DNA of 64,000 nt, taken from assembly GCA_011109175.1 (NCBI GenBank), contig RDEW01000014.1:1245749-1309748 (forward strand), read 5' to 3'. The stretch comes from Dicyema japonicum (lineage: Eukaryota > Animalia > Dicyemida). The notes beneath the pieces are model-generated. The model saw only the letters and a list, made by a program, of their open reading frames with translations, had not been told where the DNA came from and searched no databases. This document shows positions 24,399 to 36,062 of this stretch, piece after piece; position 1 is the stretch's first letter, and the number at the start of each line of letters is the position of its first letter. Made by a program: the position numbers and the translations under genes.

Positions 24399-26936
24399 TT
24401 AATGTTTGTTATTTTTCGTAACAATTTTGATTAGTGTTTTGGTCATGTAATAAGGTTTGTCATCTGACCCGTCGTTAATGTTCATGTCCTCCACTAAATA
24501 CATAAGCAGGGTAATTACAGAAGCATATGAATATGGTGGTGACACCAGAATTATATATTTCATACAAAGCTATGTTTAGTATTAAGGCGAAAATACCCAC
24601 AACCTAAACTACTAATCCACATATACAATGACAGGGATGATTCTATAGTTCAGATCTAATGGGTGGACTCCGATAAAGTGTTTATCAACACTGACTGACT
24701 CAAACTTTTCGAAAAACCACAAATATGCGAGTATGGCTGAAAATATAAGAATATTAGACTTGTGAAAGCAGTGGAAAACAGAACAAATACAAAAATAATG
24801 ATTTTGGCAAGTAAATTTGTAATAAGCAGACTAAATGTTAAATCTGTGATTACCTCATGGGATTATTGAGAATAAGAAAGAAAACCTTTTTGGAAGAGTA
24901 GCAAAAATTATTTCCATGAATGACAATCTGTAATAAACAGAACGTGATTACATAAATGTATGTATTTTCAGTAATAAACTTTATGACTTTATCTAAACAC
25001 CAAAAAAAGCATTTCATGTATCTTAATAATATCAATAATTACTTTATTATTGTATTCACAAATCTATTGTTGTATTTGTTGAGTTTAAGTGAAATGTATT
25101 CCAATATTAATCTAATATACTTTACAATGGCAATCAATATGGAACCAAAGGCAATAGACCCAAGGTGATATCTAAATGTTACATCAATTCTGCCTTAGAG
25201 TTGTCCTGATGGCTTTCATTGTTGGTAAGGATGGTATGTCTTTGGGTTTCTCTAATGACCAATAGTATCCACTAAAACTCCCAGCAATAACACAAGTATT
25301 TAATCCATGAATGAATTGAATTATCCAAATCCACATAAACAGAATGAATGCGTATAACAAGTATTGATATCTTAGAGTGAAAACAAATATCACTTTGTCT
25401 CTCCATATTTTACGAATTTGCAGGCATCCGCCATAATATCCTAATGTTTAATTGAATTATTACAGTTGGTTTGCAGGAAATGTAATCACTGATATTTAAT
25501 GTAGAATTACCAAATCGTGGATTCCCCATCGTGTTTACATATCTGTGCTTTAAGAGAGGAAATATACCCACAAATTATAATACACATAAATGTAACAACC
25601 AGAATTAGCAATATATTGAATATACCCCACAGGTACACCCCCCATACATAATTCAAAGCCCTGGTATATTCACAAAAATCAAACTTTGAAGTCTCGGCGA
25701 GCAAATGGGTCGCAATTTTTATTTTTCTTATAGTTCCGATGACTACCAACAACAGCAGAATTAAGAATATTAGGAAAATAATGGCTACACTAAATTCATT
25801 AAAAACCTAAAGTCAGATTCAGATTGTAAAAATCTCCATAGGTTTTGAAATTTATTTTGAATTCATTTGGCCAACTTTCACCTCCAGCATTTTTTATTTT
25901 TATATATCTTTGAAAAAATAAATAAGATCCTGGAACTTAAAGTGAATGGGAAACCTGCTCCCAACGTTAAAAACAAAAAGACGAGAATGAGGGCAATCAA
26001 AGGTCCAACAAATAATCTGAGGATAAAAATAGTAACGAATCCGATTAATATTGATAATAAAGAAAATCTGTTGAATATATTATTTATACAAGAAAATTTC
26101 ATTTTTTGTGGTCAAAATGTCACTCAAAGATGCCAATACAAAGGACTTGCTTATATCAAACAAGTGATTATTTCTCAAGTTATTATAAATCACAAACTTC
26201 AAAAAGTCACCGAGTTTTGTTATACTCATGTTTTTTTTGTACATTTGAATAGTGTGGTTTATATCGACTAATTGCATTAAAACCTTGGGGATGCATCTTT
26301 TGACCACTACAATGTTACAATTGAATAGTACAGCTTTGTGTTTCCAACAAGTAACTAGGACATTTATTATATTTGATTATGGTTGAAAACTACTTGTTAT
26401 TCATTTGGGTTACATTGTCAGTAGAATTAGCAAAGGGACAATACCCATCTTTCATAAAGGTTTTGTAGTTTACAGAATTAATAATTTTGTTAGAATCGGG
26501 ACATTTACTCACACACACCTGAATTAATGTCCTAAGTACTTGTTGTGAAGGACATCCATTGATGAGGGAATCCATTTCCAAACAGACAATAAAGTCGAAA
26601 AATAAGAGATATGGTTTTTCCTGGTAATTCTTGTCTTTCCCATTATTGACTCCGCACAACTTTCCATTCGAGTCGGTTGGATTGGTAATTCTCCTAATAT
26701 CTCCGTAAGTCACACCTGAAAAATCATTATGAATATGTACAACCAATGATTGCTACCCCAACCAATGCTATAATAAGTACTACAAACAGCAACAGACAAA
26801 TCAAATCAGTACATCTTCTACATATTACCAACAAACTCAGAAACCTTTCAACTTTTAATCCAGCATGGTAGTTCAATCGTTCAGACATATCGAAATAATT
26901 GTGCTGTAAACGACGAAACCGTTTTTTATTTATCAT
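24399..26936 (-). CDS. SLC44A: Choline transporter-like protein (SLC44/CTL family)
   Basis: RRCTDLICLLLF, PTDSNGKLCG, GCPSQQ.CVSKCP, IAGSFSGYYW, CFFWCLDKVIKF, HGNNFC, EDMNINDGS..KPYYM; many micro-introns. Paralogue not assignable. Confidence 0.9.
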
Positions 26937-27235
26937 TAATGCACGATTAAAAGCTAATCAGCTATAACATATTTGATTTACATCAGTCGTCACTATGTGA
27001 TTAAAATGGTAACAAAAGTTTATAAGTTTTCAAAAATAAGAGTTTTTACAATCAAGTAAAGACGTTTTATTTTCATAAATTTAGTGCTAAATTATACAAA
27101 AATTCTATTGAATTCCCTCATAGCTCAATTAACTTGTTATTATAATAGGATTATTTATTAATAACTGCGAAATTAAGTTTTTGATATCCGCATATACGAA
27201 AAAGAATAGTTTTATTATCTATTAATAAAGATATC

Positions 27236-28146
27236 TCCCGGGAAGCCTCGGGGAACACGCAGTAAGGGGGCAGCAGATCCAACCCATAGAGTTCACATTA
27301 TACTCGCTTTTTTCTCCATGTTTTTTCATCATTTATAAGATCTACGGCTAGTGATCACCCTGTTCTATTGACAGAGTTGAAGAGTTCGAGCGCACTGGTT
27401 TTAATCGATGGTAGATGCGTGTTCTCTGTGAATTCCCTTATCGCTTTTGGTGATGAAGTGTGGTCAGTGACCTTTTGTTATGACGACAATGTCACACTTG
27501 CGCAGTCTTGCTGAGTGCTTAAACAAGTATTGCATAAGAGTAGGCTGAACGCCGTGTAAAAATGAATCAGTGACTCTCCGGGAAGATTGAGACCATTTCT
27601 TCCGTGGTCCATTGCACGTATCCCCGGGTTAGCTTTTCCATCCCTGGCGTTCCAGTCCCCGGCGACAAAAAGAATGTAAGAAAACGAAAGATAGTAGTAT
27701 AAACTCGTGAATGTAGAGTAACATGCGTCCAGCTTTTCCATAATTGTTAAGACTCATGCTCTTGTTGGGAATATGCATTTATAATGGAAATGACTGAGTT
27801 AATTTTATTTCCGAATTTGATTTGCAGCACTGAGACACGATCTAATGCTGCCCACATTCTTGTAACAAAGTGAAACAGGTCCTGATGGATTGCAAATCCG
27901 AGACCATAATGACAACATCCCGATGAGATGGTAAAAAGGATAAATTTGCCAAACCGTTCTGTACATTGTACGGTCGTTTTGTCTTTTGTAGACAGCAGAC
28001 AGAGATGTTTGTATTTTGTTGGATCGCATGCCAGTTGGTGTTTCTTGTAGGGTTGTTTATTAAAAGTTCCCAGAGTGAACGGACAAGTCGGTAAAGAATA
28101 CGAATAAGACATAGTGCAATAGAGACGTCGTCACCACCTCAACCAA
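27236..28146 (-). mobile_element. Internally deleted RTE derivative retaining both termini
   Basis: RTE 5' motif GGTTGAGGTGGTGACG ending at 28146; APE remnants (CHYGLGFAI, VAGDWNA); 3' motif TTCCCGGGAG shared with the 15847 insert. Confidence 0.65.
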
Positions 28147-28379
28147 AAATCTAAAAATGAATAATATAAAAATCAGAAAATTTATAAATCGACCAAACGA
28201 TTTTTATTTATAGAGTTTTCCTATCAATAACGACAAAAAATTACATTATTTTTATTAAAATTTCTCTCTTTTCGAGAGTTTCAATAGCTCACTCAATGCT
28301 GCGCAAAGTTGCAGTATAGTTAGATAAACATGATAGAGAAAATTATTTTATGTTAAACTACAAAACAGTTAACAATTTC

Positions 28380-28650
28380 TGGAAGCTCACTTCAGTCATG
28401 GCTAACCACTCTCAGAATTGAAAACCTGTCTCTGATGACGATTTTTAAGGAAATGCGCTAAATAAGCTAGATCCTTTCTCCAATATCCATCTTCCTCCTT
28501 GTGAGAGGCGACAGCTCATCAGGGTCAGTGATCTGCTTCCAAGATAAACAAATTATTCAATATACTTGGCCCCAGTAGGCAAAGTTTATCAGGCTGATCG
28601 ACACTTCAGAATTTTGCTAACCATTTTAAGACTAACATGAACTCATCTTT
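28380..28650 (-). mobile_element. Highly degenerate RT C-terminal remnant (RTE-like)
   Basis: FVYLGS followed by a ..GERI... pattern with stops and frameshifts. Confidence 0.35.
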
Positions 28651-29154
28651 TATCTACTAAAATAATCGTTGACTGTCTTAAAATTTTCCGGAGTGGAAAC
28701 AGAACTTTTCCAAAAAATGCGAAGGATTTTCTTGCTTCATTAGTTGAGCTTTGATGGGATTTGTTAATATGTGAATTGCATATTGCTTATTTCTCACAGT
28801 TAAATACTCAATTGCTTGTTGTGAACGTTCTTTTTCAAAGTTAAAACATACAACATATTCGTGGATGTCAAATCAGGCAAGTATTTTCTCTGATCAGCAT
28901 TGAATAGAAATTCCTGACAAGCGAGGTGAAAGAAGCTGAGGTACTGACAGTAAAGGAACGATTGGACATTTGTTTATTGTTTAATAAATTAAATAATGAT
29001 AAATCTCACTCTTATGTGTATTTATTCTCACAACTTAATTTATTTTATTCACGATTAAGTTAGTTATAAGGGATTTGGGCAGTAGATAGCTTTTGCACGC
29101 CCCTGCTTTTGGCTGAGGTGGTGACGTGACTCGATTGCACCAATACTGTTTTAT

Positions 29155-29490
29155 AGGATTTAAAGATGACAATTCCAGTATTGTCAGAAGCTGAACTGAA
29201 TTAAATTGTGGTAAATGCAAAATCTACAATTTTACCTTTCAGAAGATAAGTATTCAAAATCTGTGTCATCTTTCGCGAATTTACTACCTGATGTAATTTC
29301 AGACCAGATGAAGATCTTATATTCATCTGATCCCTTATCACCATAAAGGCAATGGCAAGAGCGATAGAGCTTAGATGGTACTAATGTCTCTTTTGGCATA
29401 ATTTTGTGGCACATCATACACTCTGCTCTCTTCGAATCGTCCTCAAACTGGCAAAATTCATAAGCAAGATATTCTTATATTTTTCTATTT
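29155..29490 (-). mobile_element. hAT (Buster-like) BED zinc-finger fragment
   Basis: YLAYEF...KRAECMMCHKIMPKETLVPSKLYR; 29155-29388 recurs at 33552-33783. Confidence 0.55.
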
Positions 29491-29543
29491 TAGAAGTGGA
29501 ATAATAACAAACTTTAATAGGCATACTATCAACCATTTTTTTT

Positions 29544-32470
29544 GGTTGAGCTGGTGACGTGGCTCTTGATCTCAATGTCTGGAAAACACAGTTTCAAGCC
29601 ATTGGACTTCTCCCTTCTCACGTTTAACGTCAGGGGACTCTCTAGCGTTTGGAAACGGAAGGAACTGGTCGAGGATCTTTCAAAATACAAGGTTTCAATC
29701 GCCTGCCTTCAGGAGACCAAAGTAATCAACGGGATCGAAGAACAACATGCGAACTTTTGACTAATCTTCCTTTTGGTGGAAACAAGCACTATGGGCTAGG
29801 ATTTGCAGTCAGGAAAGATCTATCCAAGAGAGTCTGCAAATGTTACAATGTGAACGATAGAATCGGGGTGTTGCAATTGAAACTGGATGACCTCAACCCG
29901 TCGAAGAAATATCTAACTATAATAAACGTGTACGCCCCTCACAGTGGATGGCTTAATAAAAACCCTGAGGAGATTGATGACTTTTACACTAGTCTTTCTG
30001 CCGTTTTCTCCATGTATGCTCTCTCAACACTAGTAATGATCGCAGGAGACCTAAATGCGAAAGCTGGCACCCAGGTTACGACCGATGAGACATTCATGGG
30101 AAGGCATGGTAGGGGGAAAAGAAATCTCCCGGGAACTCTACTAGCTAACTTCTGTCAAACGAACAACCTATTTTTATGCAATACAGCCTTCATGCATCCA
30201 GCCAGACATAAATCTACGTGGTCGGGACACAGAACAAACCCCGAAGGGCGAGTGATAAATATGTACAACCAGATCGACTATATCATATGCAGGCAAAAAG
30301 ATCGAGGAATTATACTTGATGCACGAGCTTATGGTGGATCGATTATCGACAGCGACCACAAAATGGTTATTGCTAGACTTTCTCTAAAGAGATTTATGGT
30401 ACTACAAAGAACGAAACGGAAGCACATTGAAACCACAGAACCCAACTATAGACGTTATAATCTGGAATCCTTAATCAGTCAATCAGAAGGGGCCCTAGAA
30501 TTCAAAGAATATCTGGATGCAGAACTAGAAAACATGCCTACAGATTTGCCGCCCGGAAAATCCTGGGATTTTGTAAAGCACTCAATACACAAAGGAGCCA
30601 ATCTGCATCTATTGAAAGAAAATGAGAAAACCCCATCGCACAATGAAATTTCCACGGTGAAGGACCTTGCCAATAAACAGAAGACCATATGGATGCTATA
30701 TCAAAATACTGACGATTCGAACGTAAAATCAAAATTGCGGCTAGAAAGAAAAACTATCAAAGCAAAAATAAGAAAAACTATACGCCAGCATAACAGAAAT
30801 AAAGCACTGGACCAGATTAAGAAGATAGAATCTCTCAAGGACAACGCTAGATTTTACGAGGCTGTGAAACAGATGAAAGGAAATAGACCCCATCAACAGA
30901 TAATGATAAGAGATGACAAAGGAACGCAAATCGTGGACCAAATGGAAGTGGCTGAAACTATCGCTGCCCACTTTGGAAAACTTTTTGACCCAAGGAACGA
31001 CACTACCAACCTAGAACGAGGAAAATTGGACGAGGAAGTCACACCATATGAAGTTGAACTTGCGAGTTCCAAGTTGAAAAACAACAGGACTCCTGGCCCC
31101 GACGGACTCGCTGGTGAATTCTTCAAATATGGAACCCAAAAGCTGTATGAATGCATCGCTAAAATCCTGAATGAAATGTACTATTATGGTCACACGCTGA
31201 CCCTGGGAGAGGGTATCTTGATACCTGTACAGAAGGCGAATAAACCAAGATCAAAGGTGGAGAACCTCTGTCCGGTCATATTAATGAATTCACTTCGGAA
31301 AATTCTGGCGAACATAACATTACAAAGGATGGAAGGACGCCTAGATACTTTTCTGTCGCCATACCACAGCGGATTCCGAAAAGGAAGATCTACTTCCGAT
31401 GTTTTGTGGTCCCACAAATGGAGATCTGCGGCCGTTCAAAAGTTCAAAATGTCTACAACCATCCTCGGAATCGACATTTCGAGGGCCTTCGACTCTGTCG
31501 ACAGACGGAGGCTAATACTGGTTTTGGAAAGTTTCCTAGACGCTTCAACTGTCAGAATGACCACCACCCTCCTAGCTGATACTTGGCTCACTGTAAGAGT
31601 CGGGGGAGCCTTGTCTCGCCGATTTGAGACGACTGTTGGCACTCCACAGGGAGACCCATTATCACCTATACTTTTTGTCATATACCTTGAAGCTGCTTTA
31701 CGGGAGTCAAAACCGATAATGGGTGAAAAGACAAACATTATTGCGTATGCTGACGACGTAGACTTTACTTCAAATGACAAAATACCGCTCACCCGCTTGA
31801 TGGAAGAAGTGTCTGGAAGACTAGCCGAATGGTTCCTAACAGTAAATCCGGACAAGACTGACGTAACTGAACTCAAGAGGGAAGAAACAAGGACAGAGGA
31901 GTACTGGCGCAAATGCAAAAAGCTTGGCTCCCTCCTAGGAGACCATGAAGAAATTACGAGAAGGAAAACCCTAGCACAAACTGCCCTCTCCAGATTAAAG
32001 AACATCTGGCTTCACAAAAAGGGCCTTGACATTATAACAAAAACTCGATTATACAACTCGCTAGTGAAACCCATACTACTATATAACGCTGTTACCTGGG
32101 CCTGCTCAAGAAATGAACTGAAGAGGCTTAATGCGTTTCATAGAGACCAATAACGGCAGATGATATTCGAAAAAAGTGACACGAGGATGTCATCTAATCT
32201 TCTTTATAAGAGGACGAAGACTTCAGAAATTTCTAATGAGATTCTGGATACACGATGGAGGTTTTTCAGCCATATTCTGCGACTGGACCTAGATGCCCCC
32301 GCGAACGTAGCCATGGAGGATTACTTCTTGTTGGAGGCCCTCCGTTTCCGTGGTCGCTCAAAAATGACACTGGCAGTCGTTCTCGACGAGGACCTCAAAG
32401 AAATGGGACGGCATCTTGAAAGTGGAGAGGATTTTGACTGGTTGCGCACTGCGGCTTCGAATAGGAGGAA
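29544..32470 (+). mobile_element. Near full-length RTE-clade LINE (APE+RT; one frameshift, one premature stop)
   Basis: TFNVRGL, CLQETK (29542-29760); ORF 29649-32153 with QIDYI, SDH, GFRKGRS, IDISRAFDSV, TPQGDPLSP, YADD; continues RWRFFSHILR after TAA at 32151. Confidence 0.92.
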
Positions 32471-32485
32471 GGATGTTAATATTAA

Positions 32486-32810
32486 TGTGGTTTTACCTGG
32501 CTAATTGGATGAAGTTTCCTGTCTGTTTTGTCAGTTCATCTTCTTCCCCTGCCTACTAGAGTGGCGTCATGTGATCCTTTTCTCAGGTGGTGCTTAGTGT
32601 CAGGCAGGCACGAAAAAGGATTATTTGCTCTCCCCCACTCCACTGGAGGAGTTTCGACAACTGCAAAAACTGGATGTCTTTTAACTTTCATGCTAGTTCT
32701 GGGTGGACTTATGTAACGTTGAAGGACTTTTTCTGTGCCTTGGAAACTGGATGCACTTAATTAGTTGTGTACCTCTTTCTCGATGTATCCGGGGTTAAAA
32801 AATAAATTAA
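32486..32810 (+). mobile_element. SINE-like pseudoknot element (copy 2), fused to the end of the RTE
   Basis: Colinear with the reverse complement of 14283-14600; begins where the RTE departs from the RTE 3' end seen at 33785-33955. Confidence 0.7.
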
Positions 32811-33269
32811 TTAAAAAATTAACGCCACCTGGAAATTGTTACTACAGAAGAAGTGAAACGAACCATCATGAAGTACCGAAGGGAGATCTTGGATTTATCA
32901 TTATTCAGACATTGAGTGAAATAGCAAACCTCAAGTTTCATATTAACCTCTTATTCGCATCTCTCGTCCAAATGAAAATGTATTCAGCACGTAGAAAAAT
33001 TATTTTTCCAACGGAGGGATTGAAAATGAGAAAAAATAAATAAAAATTTTCTACCCTTAAAAATTTACTACGCTATTGGTCGGGAATTGAAAAAGAACCA
33101 TTCACTTGTCTCCACAAGAAGACGATTCACCCCTCACGTCTATGCTGCCGCAATGTGTGAGGATCCCACGATTAATTAATTTAATTTTATAGTGGACTTT
33201 GAAATTTTTCATTTCATATCTGGTGACTTAAGCTGTTCAGAAGAAACGATAACAGACGACAACTTATCT

Positions 33270-33550
33270 TCTTTTTAGTGTTTTCTGAGATTGTTGAAAA
33301 AGACGGAAAATTGATAAAAAAAGACGTTAAGGCTCAATTTAATATTGATATAATTTCAAATCGCTTTTCGTACGCGTGTGATTTGTGGGGACCTTCATTA
33401 TCATGGACGAATATTAAGAAAATCGAGGACAAACAAAAGAAGGTTTTTAGAGTCACGGAGCTGTGGACTTGTGGGAGACACAGAACCGGACCGACTACTC
33501 TGGAGGTCATCATAAAACTAATCTCCGGCATGCAGGAAAGTGGCCTTGCA
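33270..33550 (+). mobile_element. LINE RT C-terminal fragment
   Basis: FSYACDLWGPSLSWTNIKKIEDKQKK resembles YACAAWGSNLSATNLTKIQDIQ of the 21923 ORF. Confidence 0.5.
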
Positions 33551-33784
33551 NATTTAAAAATGACAATTCCAGTATTGTCAGAAGCTGAACTGGAATTAAA
33601 TTGTGGTAAATGCAAAATCTACAATTTTACCTTTCAGAAGATAAGTATTCAAAATCTGTGTCATCTTTCGCGAATTTACTACCTGATGTATTTCTACACC
33701 AGATGAAGATCTTATATTCCTCTGATCCCCTATCACCATAAAGGCAATGGCAAGAGCGATAGAGCTTAGATGGTACTAATGTCN

Positions 33785-33955
33785 GCATCTTGCAAGTGGA
33801 GAGGATCTGGACTGGTTGCGCGCTGCGGCTTTGAATAGGAGGAAGTGGATGAAACTAACCAGTGATTTGCTAATTCGTGTTGCACATGCTTTGTCAAGTC
33901 CTATGACATAGCGATAAGTGCTTATAATAATAATAATATCAACCAATATGAAAAA
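33785..33955 (+). mobile_element. RTE 3' terminus with (TAA)n tail
   Basis: HLASGEDLDWLRAAALNRRKW matches 32410-32470; ends GTGCTTA(TAA)n. Confidence 0.75.
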
Positions 33956-33995
33956 AAATAACACGCGAAATTCAAGTAGGCGTGGAATAACAAAA

Positions 33996-35600
33996 TACAG
34001 TAAAGTCCCTCTAATTGGCAAACCCTTAAATTGACCAACATTATTAAAAAAACATAAAATTTATTTTTACTAATCTTTTTCAATTATTTTTTTTAAAATA
34101 AAAATTTAAAACTAAAAATTTTACCATGTGTTCGAAAGCTTCTCGTTGTAATTATACAAGGCTTAATTGTTTCTCAAAAACTCGAAATTTTGAGATGTAA
34201 AGATGAGAATAATACTACATTGTGCCAAACAATCGCTCACAGATTTTCTGATTTATTTAATATTCGAATTTCAAGAAAAACCGTGAATAAAATTCTTAAT
34301 TACCGAGAGTCCATATTAAAAACATCTAAAAATTATACTCCTTTAACAAATACATGCAAATTATTAAAATTTCCTGAACTTGATACTAAGCTTGTTGAAT
34401 GGATGGAATTGATGGAATCTAAGGATATTTTTACTTTGTTTATGTTAGGTGCTATGTTAATATCAAATAAAGCACAAAATATCGCTAAAAAGTTATCAAT
34501 TAGTAATTTCAAGGATTCAAAAGGATTTCTAATTCAAAAAAGACATGGTTTTAGAATGCATGAATTACAAGGGAAAATGATTACTGACAAACAACTTGAT
34601 TTAGAAGGATTTGTAGATCACTTTGAAGAAATTTCTAAACATAATAAAAAAGACGAAATTTACAATATAGACAAGACAGGGCACTATTATAAACTGATTC
34701 CGTCCAAGAGCATATGCAAAACACGATTTGGTGGATATAAAAATTTCAAAGATCGGGTTTCAATTATGTTATGTACAAATATGACTGGAACCCATAATGT
34801 TATGATTTCAAAATCTAAAGTACCCAGATGTTTCAAAAATTAAAATTATTATCGCTCTAATAGAGCATGGGTGACCAGTTATATTTTTAATAATTGGTTA
34901 ATAACTTTGACAACGAATTGTTCCATCAAAAATTTGTTATTAATGGACAATTGTCCAGCTCATTGTATAAAATCCAAATTGGAGAACATTCAGATATTAT
35001 TTTTTCCTAAAAATAGTACAGCCTTAATACAACCTATGGATATTGGAATATTAAAACATACAAAGCTCATTTAATAGACATAAGTTGTTATAACACAACT
35101 ATTGGAAAACAAAAACATTTCAGTTTATGAATCTTATAAAAAGTTAAATTCGAAAGACACGGTTTTTTTCTTACTGATGGCATGGGAAAATGTATCAATT
35201 GAAACGTATTAAAATTGTTTCAATAAATTGCGTAAACAAGAAGTCCAAATGATTGGGGCAATAATATTACTGAAATTTTTAGGAAAACTGGCATTTTGGA
35301 CCATCTGGACATGGAAATATTCCTTGATATTCAACACCATGATAATGAAGCGATAATTAATGAATACGACGAAATGTTGTTATCGGAGGATTATGAAAAA
35401 GAAAAATACATTGATGAGTGCGAAATGATAAATTCTGAAAAAAAAGACGAAATAATTGATGGAAGTAATAGAATTGCAAACAAAACTGAAATTTCAAATG
35501 CACTATATATTATTTAACAAAAAATAACAAATAATATCGAAAATAATAATGATGTAAAAATGATTTCCGCAATTAAGAGATACACTAAAAATAATATTTA
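33996..35600 (+). mobile_element. Tigger/pogo transposase pseudogene (CENP-B HTH + DDE)
   Basis: TA|CAGTAAAGTCCCTC left end; FPELDTKLVEW, YNIDKTG, KDRVSIMLCTNMTG, PRCFKN, LLMDNCPAH, IQPMDIGI. No right TIR found. Confidence 0.85.
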
Positions 35601-35890
35601 AAAAAATAAAAGTAAGCTTACTAATGGTTTTTTAAATAAATGTTTTTCTTCAAATTCCCAAATTAGCCCAAAATTGTTCCTGAACTATTTTGTAAATCAC
35701 GCGTCCTCAAATCTTTTCCGGTAAATGAGGATACATCCAAAAATATACATGATTGGATGTCTCCGAATGCGATCCGAAGTGTTGGATCGAACAAGTTTTT
35801 GGCATCAATGTCAGTGAATCTTATTTTCCTCAGGAAATTCGGGGAAAGGAAATTTGGAATTCGGAAATCGATGACTAAGAATGCTTAATT

Positions 35891-35958
35891 GCGGCGTGAT
35901 GCGGTTCACCTGTTGTTGTGGTGGCGCTCAGTGCAAGTTCTGCATGGAAGAGAACCGT
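35891..35958 (+). ncRNA. Candidate HDV-like ribozyme fold (non-canonical) at LINE 5' end
   Basis: By-eye pairings GCGGTTC/GAACCGT, ACC/GGT, GGCGT/GCGCT, GTGCA/TGCAT; no catalytic C evident in J4/2. Confidence 0.4.
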
Positions 35959-36020
35959 TCTACTTTCCTTACCTTTCTGCGATCTTCAGAAGGGTGGCCT
36001 ACTACTCCCCCGTTTTCTCT

Positions 36021-36062
36021 TTACTACTTCTGTCTGGTGATGTAGAACCTAATCCTGGACCC
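36021..36062 (+). other. 2A-like StopGo peptide LLLLSGDVEPNPGP
   Basis: Exact D(V/I)ExNPGP consensus immediately before the APE domain. Confidence 0.9.

Noticed and set aside
33552-33783. Second copy of 29155-29388
   Set aside because: Bounded by n on both sides; probably a misplaced repeat contig.
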